Source: a bacterium (GTDB lineage Bacteria > Ratteibacteria > UBA8468 > B48-G9 > DTJG01). From it: a stretch of 64,000 nucleotides of DNA. This document shows positions 50,678 through 59,757 of this stretch, piece by piece (positions within the stretch are counted from its first letter, which is position 1; each line of letters begins with the position of its first letter). The notes beneath the pieces are model-generated. The model searched no databases. It was not told the DNA's origin and saw only the letters and a list, made by a program, of their open reading frames with translations. The position numbers were made by a program, and so were the translations under genes. The stretch is taken from NCBI GenBank assembly GCA_021800535.1, contig JAJYYV010000001.1:1389-65388 (forward strand). The letters are read 5' to 3'.

Positions 50678-51180
50678 TGAGTATAGAGATTAAATCACCT
50701 AAAAGTTCGACAGGAGACACTAAAGTAGATGTTTCAAAGGGATACAAGATTGACGATGGTTATATATTACCCGAAAATCTTTCTGCAGAGGTTTACAATA
50801 AAATTATAATAGAAGTTTTAAATAAGGTCGTTGATGAAGAAAATAAACTTCAAAATAGACTTGCAAATATTGATGATAAAATAGAAAGACAAACCTCAAG
50901 AAACATTGAAATAATTGGTATTTTTTCATCTATTCTTGCATTATTAATTATTGATGTAAGTATTATTAAGTCTGTGACCTCTTTTCTATCGGCTATACTG
51001 TTAATTGTTTCTTTGGCCATAGTTTTATCAATTTTTGCGATATTGATTCATATGTTATTTGTTCCTGAAGATAAAGCAAAATTATCACGATGGAGTATTT
51101 GGTTGCCTATTATACTTTTAGCGATACTAATACTTCTCGGTATCATTGCAGAGATTAATAGATGGCCATGGTCTCACTGA
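50677..51180 (+). CDS. Hypothetical membrane protein (167 aa, 2-3 TM helices)
   Basis: ATGA overlap with the previous gene. Hydrophobic stretches IIGIFSSILALLIIDV, LSAILLIVSLAIVLSIFAILI and LPIILLAILILLGIIA. Confidence 0.45.
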   Translation: MSIEIKSPKSSTGDTKVDVSKGYKIDDGYILPENLSAEVYNKIIIEVLNKVVDEENKLQNRLANIDDKIERQTSRNIEIIGIFSSILALLIIDVSIIKSVTSFLSAILLIVSLAIVLSIFAILIHMLFVPEDKAKLSRWSIWLPIILLAILILLGIIAEINRWPWSH

Positions 51181-51589
51181 AACATAAAGGGGAAAAAGGA
51201 AAAATTAAAATATTATTTTTGGTCATGATTATACATTCTATTTTCTGAAATATATAGCCGTGTTTAAAAATATCAATTTTTTTATCTTTATTTTTGTTGA
51301 GTTTTTTAAAATTTAAATATTTTCACTACAAATAAAATAAATTTTGTTGGCATACTTTTTATCTCTTTTTTTATCAATTACCAGCTCTGTCAGAAACCTT
51401 TATTTTCCCTGCGTGTTTAAAAGTGCGGCGGACATATAACGGACATTAAAAGTATGACAGAAATTTCCAGAAATTGAGTTTTTCAGGTTTTAATACAAAA
51501 TATTCAAAAAATCTGGAAAGCGTTGTCTGACAAGGGTTTTTGGAGATAAAACAGGAAGAAAACCTCAGGTTAAATTTGCTTTTATAAGA

Positions 51590-51679
51590 ATTTCAAGTCC
51601 GCTGACTTACCGTTAGCCTAACCCTCCATTTATTTTCTGTTAATTTTTTTTAATTATAACATTTTTTTTAATAGATTTG
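51590..51679. repeat. Perfect 90-bp direct repeat, copy 2 (partial tRNA-Ser 5' half plus upstream flank), lacking the tRNA 3' half
   Basis: Identical to 41978-42067. Sequence to its left (tttataagaa...) is unrelated to the tRNA. Confidence 0.9.
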
Positions 51680-51808
51680 ATAGAAATGCATATATTAAAG
51701 ATTCATTTTTCTTGATAATTTGAATATAACCTAAAATATCTGTGGTTTTGTTCTATTATAAATAGTATGATATAGTATGATATTATAAAATAAAGGAGAG
51801 TGATAAAA

Positions 51809-51901
51809 ATGACGAAATGTGCAGGAAAAACAAAAGAAGGAAAAAGATGCAAAAATAATGCTGTTGGTAAATCGAAATTTTGCAAGACACATAAAAAATA
51901 A
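51809..51901 (+). CDS. Small 30-aa Cys-rich (C-C-C-H) protein, candidate zinc-knuckle micro-protein
   Basis: ATG sits 8 nt after AAGGAGAG. Translation MTKCAGKTKEGKRCKNNAVGKSKFCKTHKK. It is preceded by a tandem 10-mer atagtatgat x2 and a TATTAT box. Confidence 0.4.
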   Translation: MTKCAGKTKEGKRCKNNAVGKSKFCKTHKK

Positions 51902-52200
51902 GTAATATTTACCAACATACATAGGGAAAAAAAGATTTATAAAAAATTCATTAACTTCTATTATGGTTTTTTGTTGTGTCAAAAATAAATTTATGTGGAG
52001 TATTATTCAAGCAGTAATACCAGATATGTTTTCCCAAACAAGGGGAGAAGTGTTGTAGTAAACACGGGAAAATCTCAAAATCCGCGTCTATCAAACCTTT
52101 CTAAATTTGGCAGATAAGTTAACTTGACAAATTTTTTATTTTATTATATACTTTGATTATCAAACTATTTGATAGTTTAATTATTCGCCAGGTAAATTAA

Positions 52201-52647
52201 ATGAAAAACAAAAAAAAAGAATGTGCACAGATTTTATTGGAGGTTATGCCTCAGATATGGCGTGTTATGAAAGAGGTGGCTCAAAAAAAAGAATTTTCTA
52301 AATTTTCTGTGGCACAATTCAGAACACTTAAATTTATAAACAGAAATAACAAGGTGTCTCTTTCTGAAATATCCAAACATCTTGGGCCAGGACTTTCTTC
52401 TACATCAAAATTAATAGATGGCCTTGTAGAAAAAAAACTGATAAAAAGACAGATAAATGAAAAAGACAGAAGATATATAACAATAACACTTACAAAAACC
52501 GGTAAAAATATAATGGAAAGAATACAAAAAGAAACCATTGAGCACCTGGAAAAAAGTATATCTGACTTATCAGATTCACAATATTCTTTGATAATAAATG
52601 CTATGGAAATATTAAAACAAAAATACATAAGCAAAGGTGAAAAATGA
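52201..52647 (+). CDS. MarR-family transcriptional regulator
   Basis: 148 aa. Winged-HTH region FSVAQFRTLKFINRNNKVSLSEISKHLGPGLSSTSKLIDGLVEKKLI. Confidence 0.7.
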   Translation: MKNKKKECAQILLEVMPQIWRVMKEVAQKKEFSKFSVAQFRTLKFINRNNKVSLSEISKHLGPGLSSTSKLIDGLVEKKLIKRQINEKDRRYITITLTKTGKNIMERIQKETIEHLEKSISDLSDSQYSLIINAMEILKQKYISKGEK

Positions 52648-53450
52648 TTATTTTACAAACAGAGCAATTAACAAAACAGTTTGGAAAACTTATTGCAGTA
52701 AACCATGTAGATATCTCAGTTCAAAGAGGAGAGATTTTTGGCCTTTTAGGCCCCAATGGTGCGGGTAAAACCACTATGCTTAAAATGTTTACCACACTTT
52801 TATCTCCAAGTTTTGGAACAGTAAAAATAAGCGGATTTGATATAGTGAAACAACCAAATAAAGTAAGACAAATAATAGGTTATGTCCCTCAGATGCTATC
52901 TGCTGATGGAACTCTTACAGGATATGAAAATCTTTTGATTTTTGCAAAGATATATGACCTTCCAGCAAAAACAAGAGAAAAAAGGATATGGGAACTCCTT
53001 GAATTAATGAATCTAAAAGATTCAGCAAATTTTTTAGTACGAACATATTCCGGAGGAATGATTAGAAGACTGGAAATCGCTCAATCTTTATTACATCAAC
53101 CACATATATTGTTTCTTGATGAACCCACAGTCGGTCTTGACCCTATAGCACGACAAACTGTTTGGGATAGAATTATTCATCTAAGCAAAGAATATGATCT
53201 TACAATTATTTTAACAACACATTATATGGAAGAAGCAGAAAATTTATGCACACATTTAGCAATTATGCATCTTGGAAAAGTTGTCGCACAGGGCACACAG
53301 AAAGAATTAAAAAAATCAGCCGGGGACCCTGATATGTCAATGGATAAGGTTTTTTCTCATTATGCCGGCGCAGAAATAGAAATAGGAGGTAATATTCATG
53401 GACTCAGAGAAATTTCAGAAACAAGACAAACAGCAAGAAGACTTGGATAA
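52644..53450 (+). CDS. ABC transporter ATP-binding protein (DrrA/ABC-2 type)
   Basis: Walker A GPNGAGKTT, signature YSGGMIRRLEIAQ, Walker B ILFLDEPTVGLD. Confidence 0.85.
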   Translation: MIILQTEQLTKQFGKLIAVNHVDISVQRGEIFGLLGPNGAGKTTMLKMFTTLLSPSFGTVKISGFDIVKQPNKVRQIIGYVPQMLSADGTLTGYENLLIFAKIYDLPAKTREKRIWELLELMNLKDSANFLVRTYSGGMIRRLEIAQSLLHQPHILFLDEPTVGLDPIARQTVWDRIIHLSKEYDLTIILTTHYMEEAENLCTHLAIMHLGKVVAQGTQKELKKSAGDPDMSMDKVFSHYAGAEIEIGGNIHGLREISETRQTARRLG

Positions 53451-54237
53451 TTGGAAAAAATGGCCGATTATAAACTTTATCACTAAAACTCTTGTAATCA
53501 CCGAATTAGAAATACGTAAATTAAAGCATGACCCTACAGAACTTATCTCAAGGGTAATACAGCCTATTATGTGGCTGCTTATTTTTGGAGAAGTTCTGGC
53601 TCATGCCCGTGCAATTCCTACCGGGCATATGTCTTATTTAGCTTTTATGGCACCGGGAGTTCTTGCTCAAAGCGTTTTGTTTGTATCAATTTTCTATGGT
53701 ATTGCTGTAATCTGGGAAAGAGACCTGGGTATTGTGTATAAATTTTTATCAAGTCCTGCACCACGAACTTCTCTTGTTCTGGGAAAAGCTATTTCTGCTG
53801 GAATAAGAGGATTCTCACAAGCAATAATTGTATATATTCTTGCTTTATTACTAAAGATCCCTTTAAATCTTAATATATGGGCTCTTTTGGGAGTTCTTAT
53901 ATTTATACTTCTGGGTGCAATAATTTTTTCCACTTTTTCATTGATTATTGCCTGTATAGTAAAAGTGAGAGAAAGATTTATGGGAATAGGACAGCTTCTT
54001 ACAATGCCACTGTTTTTTGCCAGCAATGCAATATATCCAATAGCAATTATGCCCAGATGGCTCCAGATTTTTTCCCATGTTAATCCTTTAACTTATGAAA
54101 TAGATGCAATCCGCCATCTTATGGTGTTAAACGCACCAAGCGTCTATGGACTCGGAAAAGATTTTGGAGTTTTACTTTTAGCATCTATAATTATAGTATG
54201 GATTGGAAGTAAAATATATCCTAATATAGCAACATAA
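53398..54237 (+). CDS. ABC-2 family transporter permease
   Basis: 6 TM segments, ~280 aa, directly downstream of the ATPase (53-nt overlap as drawn in the ORF track). Confidence 0.65.
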   Translation: MDSEKFQKQDKQQEDLDNWKKWPIINFITKTLVITELEIRKLKHDPTELISRVIQPIMWLLIFGEVLAHARAIPTGHMSYLAFMAPGVLAQSVLFVSIFYGIAVIWERDLGIVYKFLSSPAPRTSLVLGKAISAGIRGFSQAIIVYILALLLKIPLNLNIWALLGVLIFILLGAIIFSTFSLIIACIVKVRERFMGIGQLLTMPLFFASNAIYPIAIMPRWLQIFSHVNPLTYEIDAIRHLMVLNAPSVYGLGKDFGVLLLASIIIVWIGSKIYPNIAT

Positions 54238-54313
54238 TTATAAAAATAGTACACTAAACTTTTTAAGATATTAAGCAGTCTGAATAAATATAGACCAGGA
54301 GTATTTAAAAATT

Positions 54314-55609
54314 ATGAAAAAAATTATCTTTTTATGTATTGGGATTTTAATTTTCCATCTTGTAAATATACAGGCACAGAATGTAATAAAAAAAGGTCAG
54401 GAACTTACATTAGAACAATGTATATCTATTGCCTTAAAATATAGCCCTGTTATTTCAGAAGCAGAAAATACAGTGCTGGTCAATCAAAGTCAGATCGGTC
54501 AGGCAAAGTCAAACTATTATCCTCAAGTATCAGGTTCAACCAGTGCTTCCAGAAATTCTACAACTTCTAGTGGCACACCATCAGAACAAACCAATAACTA
54601 TTCTGCAGGAATTAATCTTCAGCAAACTATATATGATTTTGGAAAAACATCCTCTAAGATAAATATTGCAAAATATAATACAAAATCTTCTTATGCCACA
54701 CTCTACAACACAGAACAACAGGTAATATTTAATGTGACTGAGGCTTATTTTAATGTTGTACAGGACCAAAACCTTGTCCAGGTTGACAAACAGACTATTA
54801 TTGAATATCAACAGCAATTGCAGCAGGCAAGAGCAGAATATAATGTAGGAGTAAAACCCTTGATAGATGTTACAAATGCAGAAGTAAATTTGGGAAATGC
54901 ACAACTAACGCTGATTAATGCAGAAAACACACTGAAAGATGCTATAATAACACTTAATGTTGCAATGGGAATAATAAATCCTCCATCATATAAATTGAAA
55001 AATACTCTTTCTTTTCAGTCATATAACATCAATTTAAATCAGGCTTTATCTACAGCCTATCAAAACAGACAGGACCTTAAATCTCTATATTTTCAAGAGA
55101 TGTCAGATAAATATAGTGAACAATTAGCAAGAACAGGTTATTATCCCACTATAGGCGCAAGTGCAGGATATAGCTGGTCAGGAGAAAATTATTCCCAACA
55201 AATAAGTTCTAATATGAGTAATGGATGGGATGCTTTACTGACATTATCTATTCCTATATTTAATGGATATCTTACCAAGTATCAAATAAAACAGGCACAG
55301 GCAACCCTGGATGTTTTAAGAGCAAGTATAACACAATTAAAGCAGAGTATATATTCTAATGTAAAACAATCTTATCTAAATCTTCTGTCAGCCTTACAAC
55401 AAATAAAAGTAGCACAGATTACAGTCCAACAGGCAAAACAAAATTTACAAATAGCTCAGGGCAGTTATAAGGTTGGTGTTGCAACATATCTTGATGTAAC
55501 TACTGCTATTGTATCTTATTTAACAGCACAGCAAAATTATATTCAGGCTCTTTACAATTATAAAATCGCAGAGGCAAGCCTAAAGCAGGCAATGGGGGTT
55601 ATAAAATGA
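54314..55609 (+). CDS. TolC-family outer-membrane efflux protein
   Basis: Signal peptide. Two repeats rich in Q/N/L/Y coiled coil. LDVTNAEVNLGNAQ and LDVTTAIVSYLTAQ are typical of the OEP family. Confidence 0.75.
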   Translation: MKKIIFLCIGILIFHLVNIQAQNVIKKGQELTLEQCISIALKYSPVISEAENTVLVNQSQIGQAKSNYYPQVSGSTSASRNSTTSSGTPSEQTNNYSAGINLQQTIYDFGKTSSKINIAKYNTKSSYATLYNTEQQVIFNVTEAYFNVVQDQNLVQVDKQTIIEYQQQLQQARAEYNVGVKPLIDVTNAEVNLGNAQLTLINAENTLKDAIITLNVAMGIINPPSYKLKNTLSFQSYNINLNQALSTAYQNRQDLKSLYFQEMSDKYSEQLARTGYYPTIGASAGYSWSGENYSQQISSNMSNGWDALLTLSIPIFNGYLTKYQIKQAQATLDVLRASITQLKQSIYSNVKQSYLNLLSALQQIKVAQITVQQAKQNLQIAQGSYKVGVATYLDVTTAIVSYLTAQQNYIQALYNYKIAEASLKQAMGVIK

Positions 55610-56784
55610 AAAAAAGTGGAAAAAAAATAATTACAATATTAATAATTATAGTGGTGATTGTAATAGCAGGTATTATTTATAAAAAACATAACAAAGTAAA
55701 TGTCCCTCAATTTGCAACTGTAAAAGTTTCAAAAGGCAAAATAGAACAAACTGTTATGGCTACTGGAACAGTCAATCCTATAAGAGAGGTTGATGTTGGA
55801 GCCCGCGTTTCAGGTCTTATAACAAATATTTATCCAAAACCTCTTGATTATAATCTTCCAGTGAAAAAAGGACAACTTTTGGCAGTTATAGACCCTTCTC
55901 CTTATGAAATCGCTCTAAACCAGGCAAAAGCCCAGCTTTTACAATCAAAAGCAACACTTATTGGAGCAGAAGCAACACTTGCAAATAATAAGTTAACTAT
56001 GGAAAGAGACCAAAAACTTTACAAACAAAATTTTATAGCAAAAAGCCAGCTGGATAATGATACCACAGCCTATAATAATGCACAGGCTGCTGTAGAGGCA
56101 GACCAGCAACAGATTAAAGCATCAGAAGAAAATGTGAAAAATGCAGAGATAAATCTTGGATACACACAAATTTATTCTCCTATAAATGGGGTTGTAGTAT
56201 CACAAAATGTTCAGATAGGCCAGACTGTAGCATCAAGTTTTCAAACCCCTACACTTTTTTTAATAGCACAGGACTTAACAAAGATGGAGATTGATACAAG
56301 TATGTCTGAGGCAAATATAGGGGGAATAAAAAAAGGAGACTCTGTTATATTTTCTGTATATGCCTATCCTCAAAAGATATTTAAAGGTATCGTATCCCAG
56401 GTAAGAATTTCTCCTACAACTGTTCAAAATGTTGTCACCTATGATGTTGTAGTTGGTGTAAATAATGATAAACTTTTGCTTCTTCCAGGAATGACGGCAA
56501 ATGTCACAATAATAGTGGCAAAAAAACAAAATGTTTTAAAAATCCCTAATTCTGCTTTAATGGTAAATATTCCCAGTGCAAGCGGAAAACAAGTGTATCA
56601 CAAAACAACAGGGGTATGGATTTTACAAAATAACAAACCTCAATGGGCATCAATAAAAACAGGTATCAGTAGTACAAACTATACTGAAGTGGTTTCAGGC
56701 TTAAAAGAAGGAGAAAAAGTGATTACAGGAATAAAAAATACTACAAATACCGGAAATCAGCCCCGACGGGGAATGTTCTTTTAA
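55606..56784 (+). CDS. Efflux periplasmic adaptor (HlyD/MacA-type membrane fusion protein)
   Basis: N-terminal TM, coiled-coil hairpin, beta-barrel/lipoyl motif GYTQIYSPINGVV. Start overlaps the TolC stop. Confidence 0.8.
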   Translation: MKKSGKKIITILIIIVVIVIAGIIYKKHNKVNVPQFATVKVSKGKIEQTVMATGTVNPIREVDVGARVSGLITNIYPKPLDYNLPVKKGQLLAVIDPSPYEIALNQAKAQLLQSKATLIGAEATLANNKLTMERDQKLYKQNFIAKSQLDNDTTAYNNAQAAVEADQQQIKASEENVKNAEINLGYTQIYSPINGVVVSQNVQIGQTVASSFQTPTLFLIAQDLTKMEIDTSMSEANIGGIKKGDSVIFSVYAYPQKIFKGIVSQVRISPTTVQNVVTYDVVVGVNNDKLLLLPGMTANVTIIVAKKQNVLKIPNSALMVNIPSASGKQVYHKTTGVWILQNNKPQWASIKTGISSTNYTEVVSGLKEGEKVITGIKNTTNTGNQPRRGMFF

Positions 56785-56797
56785 GGGGTGGTTCACC

Positions 56798-57493
56798 ATG
56801 GCTTTAATTGAAACTATACACATCACAAAGATTTACAGAATGGACGGTTCCATAGACCTGCTTGCCCTTGATGATGTTTCTGTCAAAATAGATAAAGGAG
56901 AATTTGTTGCTATAATGGGACCTTCCGGTTCAGGGAAATCAACATTTATGCATATACTTGGATGTCTTGATAAGCCTACAAAAGGCCAGTATTTCCTGGA
57001 TGGAAAGGATGTTAGTAATCTTAAAATACATCAGCTTGCTGATATAAGAAATAAAAAAATAGGTTTTGTATTCCAGGGTTTTAACCTTCTTTCAAGAACA
57101 ACAGCACTTGAAAATGTGGAACTTCCCATGATTTATGCTAAAATTAACCCAAAGGAAAGAAGAAACCGGGCCCTGGATGCCTTAAAACTTGTCGGACTGG
57201 CAAATAGAATAAATAATTACTCTAATCAATTATCAGGTGGACAACAACAAAGGGTTGCCATTGCCCGGGCCCTTGTAAATAATGCTTCTATAATCATGGC
57301 TGATGAGCCCACTGGAAATCTTGATACAAAATCAAGTCAGGAAATAATGAATCTTTTTGTCCATTTAAACAGAGAATTCGCAATAACAATAGTTCTTGTA
57401 ACACATGAACAGGATATAGCCGACTATAGCCAGAGAATTATAAGATTTCTTGATGGACATATTATAGGAGATGAAAAAATAAAAAATGACTGA
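56798..57493 (+). CDS. MacB/LolD-type ABC ATP-binding protein
   Basis: [35 protein letters not shown]. Confidence 0.85.
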   Translation: MALIETIHITKIYRMDGSIDLLALDDVSVKIDKGEFVAIMGPSGSGKSTFMHILGCLDKPTKGQYFLDGKDVSNLKIHQLADIRNKKIGFVFQGFNLLSRTTALENVELPMIYAKINPKERRNRALDALKLVGLANRINNYSNQLSGGQQQRVAIARALVNNASIIMADEPTGNLDTKSSQEIMNLFVHLNREFAITIVLVTHEQDIADYSQRIIRFLDGHIIGDEKIKND

Positions 57494-58715
57494 TATTATT
57501 TCAACAATAAAAATTGCAATCAGGGCTTTAAAATCCAATAAAATGCGTTCCGGGCTAACAATGCTTGGTATAATTATAGGTGTTAGCGCAGTTATTGCCA
57601 TGCTTGCTGTGGGTTCAGGTGCAAAGCAAGGAATCAAACAAAGAATAGAAAGTATAGGAAGCAATCTTATAATGATTTTACCAGGTTCTATTAACCAGGG
57701 AGGTGTAATGTCTGGTTTAGGAAGTCAACCAACATTATCTATGGCAGATGCCCAGGCAATTAAAAAAGACTGTTCAGCTGTAGAGAATGTTTCCCCTATG
57801 GTTAATGGAAATGCCCAGGTTATTTATGGGAATCAAAACTGGTTTACTTCTATACAGGGAACTTACCCTTCTATTTTACAAATAAGAGATTGGAAATTAG
57901 CAGAAGGACATAATTTTACACAACAGGATGTTGAAACAGCAGCCAATGTATGTGTTTTAGGCCAGACTGTAGTAGACAATCTTTTTGGCAATATAGACCC
58001 TATAGGAAAAGTTATAATGATAAAAAATATCCCTTTTGAGGTTATTGGAACTTTAATTGCCAAGGGTTCCTCAGGTTTTGGAAGGGACCAGGATGATATT
58101 GTTTTTATTCCAGTAACAACAGCCCAGGAAAAACTTTTTGGTACAAATTTTCCCGGAATGGTAAATGTAATAGCAGTTCAGGCAAAAAATGATACAGATG
58201 TTGCTCTTGCCCAGCAACAGATAGAATCTCTTTTAAGACAAAGACATCATCTATCTCCAGGGCAACCAGATGATTTTCAGATAAGAAATATTGCTGAATT
58301 TTTACAGGCTGCTCAGCAATCTGTGAGTATAATGACACTCCTTCTTGCAGCAATTGCATCTATTTCTTTGATAGTTGGTGGAATTGGAATTATGAATATT
58401 ATGCTTGTTTCAGTAACAGAAAGAACAAGAGAAATAGGTATAAGAATGGCAGTTGGCGCAACAACTCTAAATATAAGACTACAATTTCTTATAGAAGCAG
58501 TGATATTATCTTTAATAGGAAGTATTATAGGTATTCTACTTGGTTCTTTTGGGTCAAAAGTAGTATCTGGCATTGCTGGCTGGCCGGTAATAATATCTGT
58601 TACATCTATTATTATATCTTTAGCTTTTTCTATATTTGTCGGTGTATTTTTTGGCTATTATCCTGCGTATAAGGCATCCTTGCTTAATCCAATAGAAGCC
58701 CTAAGGTATGAGTAA
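57486..58715 (+). CDS. MacB-type ABC permease (MacB periplasmic core plus FtsX domain)
   Basis: N-terminal TM, ~250-aa periplasmic domain, C-terminal FtsX with SVTERTREIGIRMAVGA. Confidence 0.8.
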   Translation: MTDIISTIKIAIRALKSNKMRSGLTMLGIIIGVSAVIAMLAVGSGAKQGIKQRIESIGSNLIMILPGSINQGGVMSGLGSQPTLSMADAQAIKKDCSAVENVSPMVNGNAQVIYGNQNWFTSIQGTYPSILQIRDWKLAEGHNFTQQDVETAANVCVLGQTVVDNLFGNIDPIGKVIMIKNIPFEVIGTLIAKGSSGFGRDQDDIVFIPVTTAQEKLFGTNFPGMVNVIAVQAKNDTDVALAQQQIESLLRQRHHLSPGQPDDFQIRNIAEFLQAAQQSVSIMTLLLAAIASISLIVGGIGIMNIMLVSVTERTREIGIRMAVGATTLNIRLQFLIEAVILSLIGSIIGILLGSFGSKVVSGIAGWPVIISVTSIIISLAFSIFVGVFFGYYPAYKASLLNPIEALRYE

Positions 58716-58717
58716 AA

Positions 58718-59755
58718 ATGACAGACTTTAATAAAAGATTAAAAAAAACAAGGAACTATTTATCAAAAATAAAAGGAGATGGACTTTTTATAGCATCTTA
58801 TCCCAATGTAGTATACCTTACAGGGCTAAAAGATGTTGAAGGTTTGTTATATATTACCAAAAATTATTCATATTTTTTTACAAGTTCAATATATCGCGAT
58901 TTTGCTGCCCAAAATATTAAAATACCTGCAGAAGTGACAGACCCTTATAAAAGCCATGATTTTAAAAAAATTTTATCCTCTTCAAAAAAGCCATTTTTTA
59001 TTCCTTCAGAGGTTTCTTATGAAAGGGTTAAAAACTGGGTAAAAATATCAGGGAAAGAAATTTTATCAGTAAAAACAGACCCGGTAAAAAACCTCCGGGC
59101 AATAAAGCAACAGGAAGAAATAAAAATCATAAAAAAATCTGTTCAAATATCAAAAGATATATTTAAGGACTTAAAAAAATTTATTAAGCCAGGAGTAAGC
59201 GAGATTGAAACAGTAGGTTATTTCCTTTATCTTATAAGAAAAAAATGGGCGGCAAAAGAAAGTTTTGCCCCTATTGTTGCTTTTGGAGAAAATGCTTCTT
59301 TTCCTCACCATGCCTCAAATGATAGAAAATTAAAAAAAAATGATATAATACTTATTGATTTCGGTGTAAATTTTCAGGGTTATCATTCAGATCTTACAAG
59401 GACATATTATGTAGGGCATATACCTGAAGACTTTAAAAATATTTATAAAATTGTTGAAGATGTTCAGAAAATGGTTATTGAAAAATTAACAGAAGAAAAA
59501 TCATGTAAAAAACTATTTTTATATGCATACAATCTATTTGAAAAAAAAGGACTGGGTAAAAATTTTACACATGGATTAGGCCATGGTATAGGACTTGAAA
59601 TTCATGAATCCCCCTCTTTAAGTTCTAAAAGCAGAGATATTTTAAAAGAAAATATGGTTATTACTATTGAACCAGGCCTATATATAACTAATAAATTTGG
59701 CGTCCGAATAGAGGATGATATTCTCATAAATGAAAATACTATAGAAATTTTGTAA
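58718..59755 (+). CDS. M24-family Xaa-Pro aminopeptidase/prolidase
   Basis: Pita-bread fold motifs DFGVNFQGYHSDLTRT and HGLGHGIGLEIHE. Confidence 0.75.
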   Translation: MTDFNKRLKKTRNYLSKIKGDGLFIASYPNVVYLTGLKDVEGLLYITKNYSYFFTSSIYRDFAAQNIKIPAEVTDPYKSHDFKKILSSSKKPFFIPSEVSYERVKNWVKISGKEILSVKTDPVKNLRAIKQQEEIKIIKKSVQISKDIFKDLKKFIKPGVSEIETVGYFLYLIRKKWAAKESFAPIVAFGENASFPHHASNDRKLKKNDIILIDFGVNFQGYHSDLTRTYYVGHIPEDFKNIYKIVEDVQKMVIEKLTEEKSCKKLFLYAYNLFEKKGLGKNFTHGLGHGIGLEIHESPSLSSKSRDILKENMVITIEPGLYITNKFGVRIEDDILINENTIEIL

Positions 59756-59757
59756 AA

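Noticed and set aside
51703-51982. Minus-strand ORFs of 71 and 83 aa in the AT-rich spacer
   Set aside because: They are low-complexity F/I/Y-rich translations, lack an RBS, and overlap the better-supported plus-strand micro-ORF and its promoter-like repeats.
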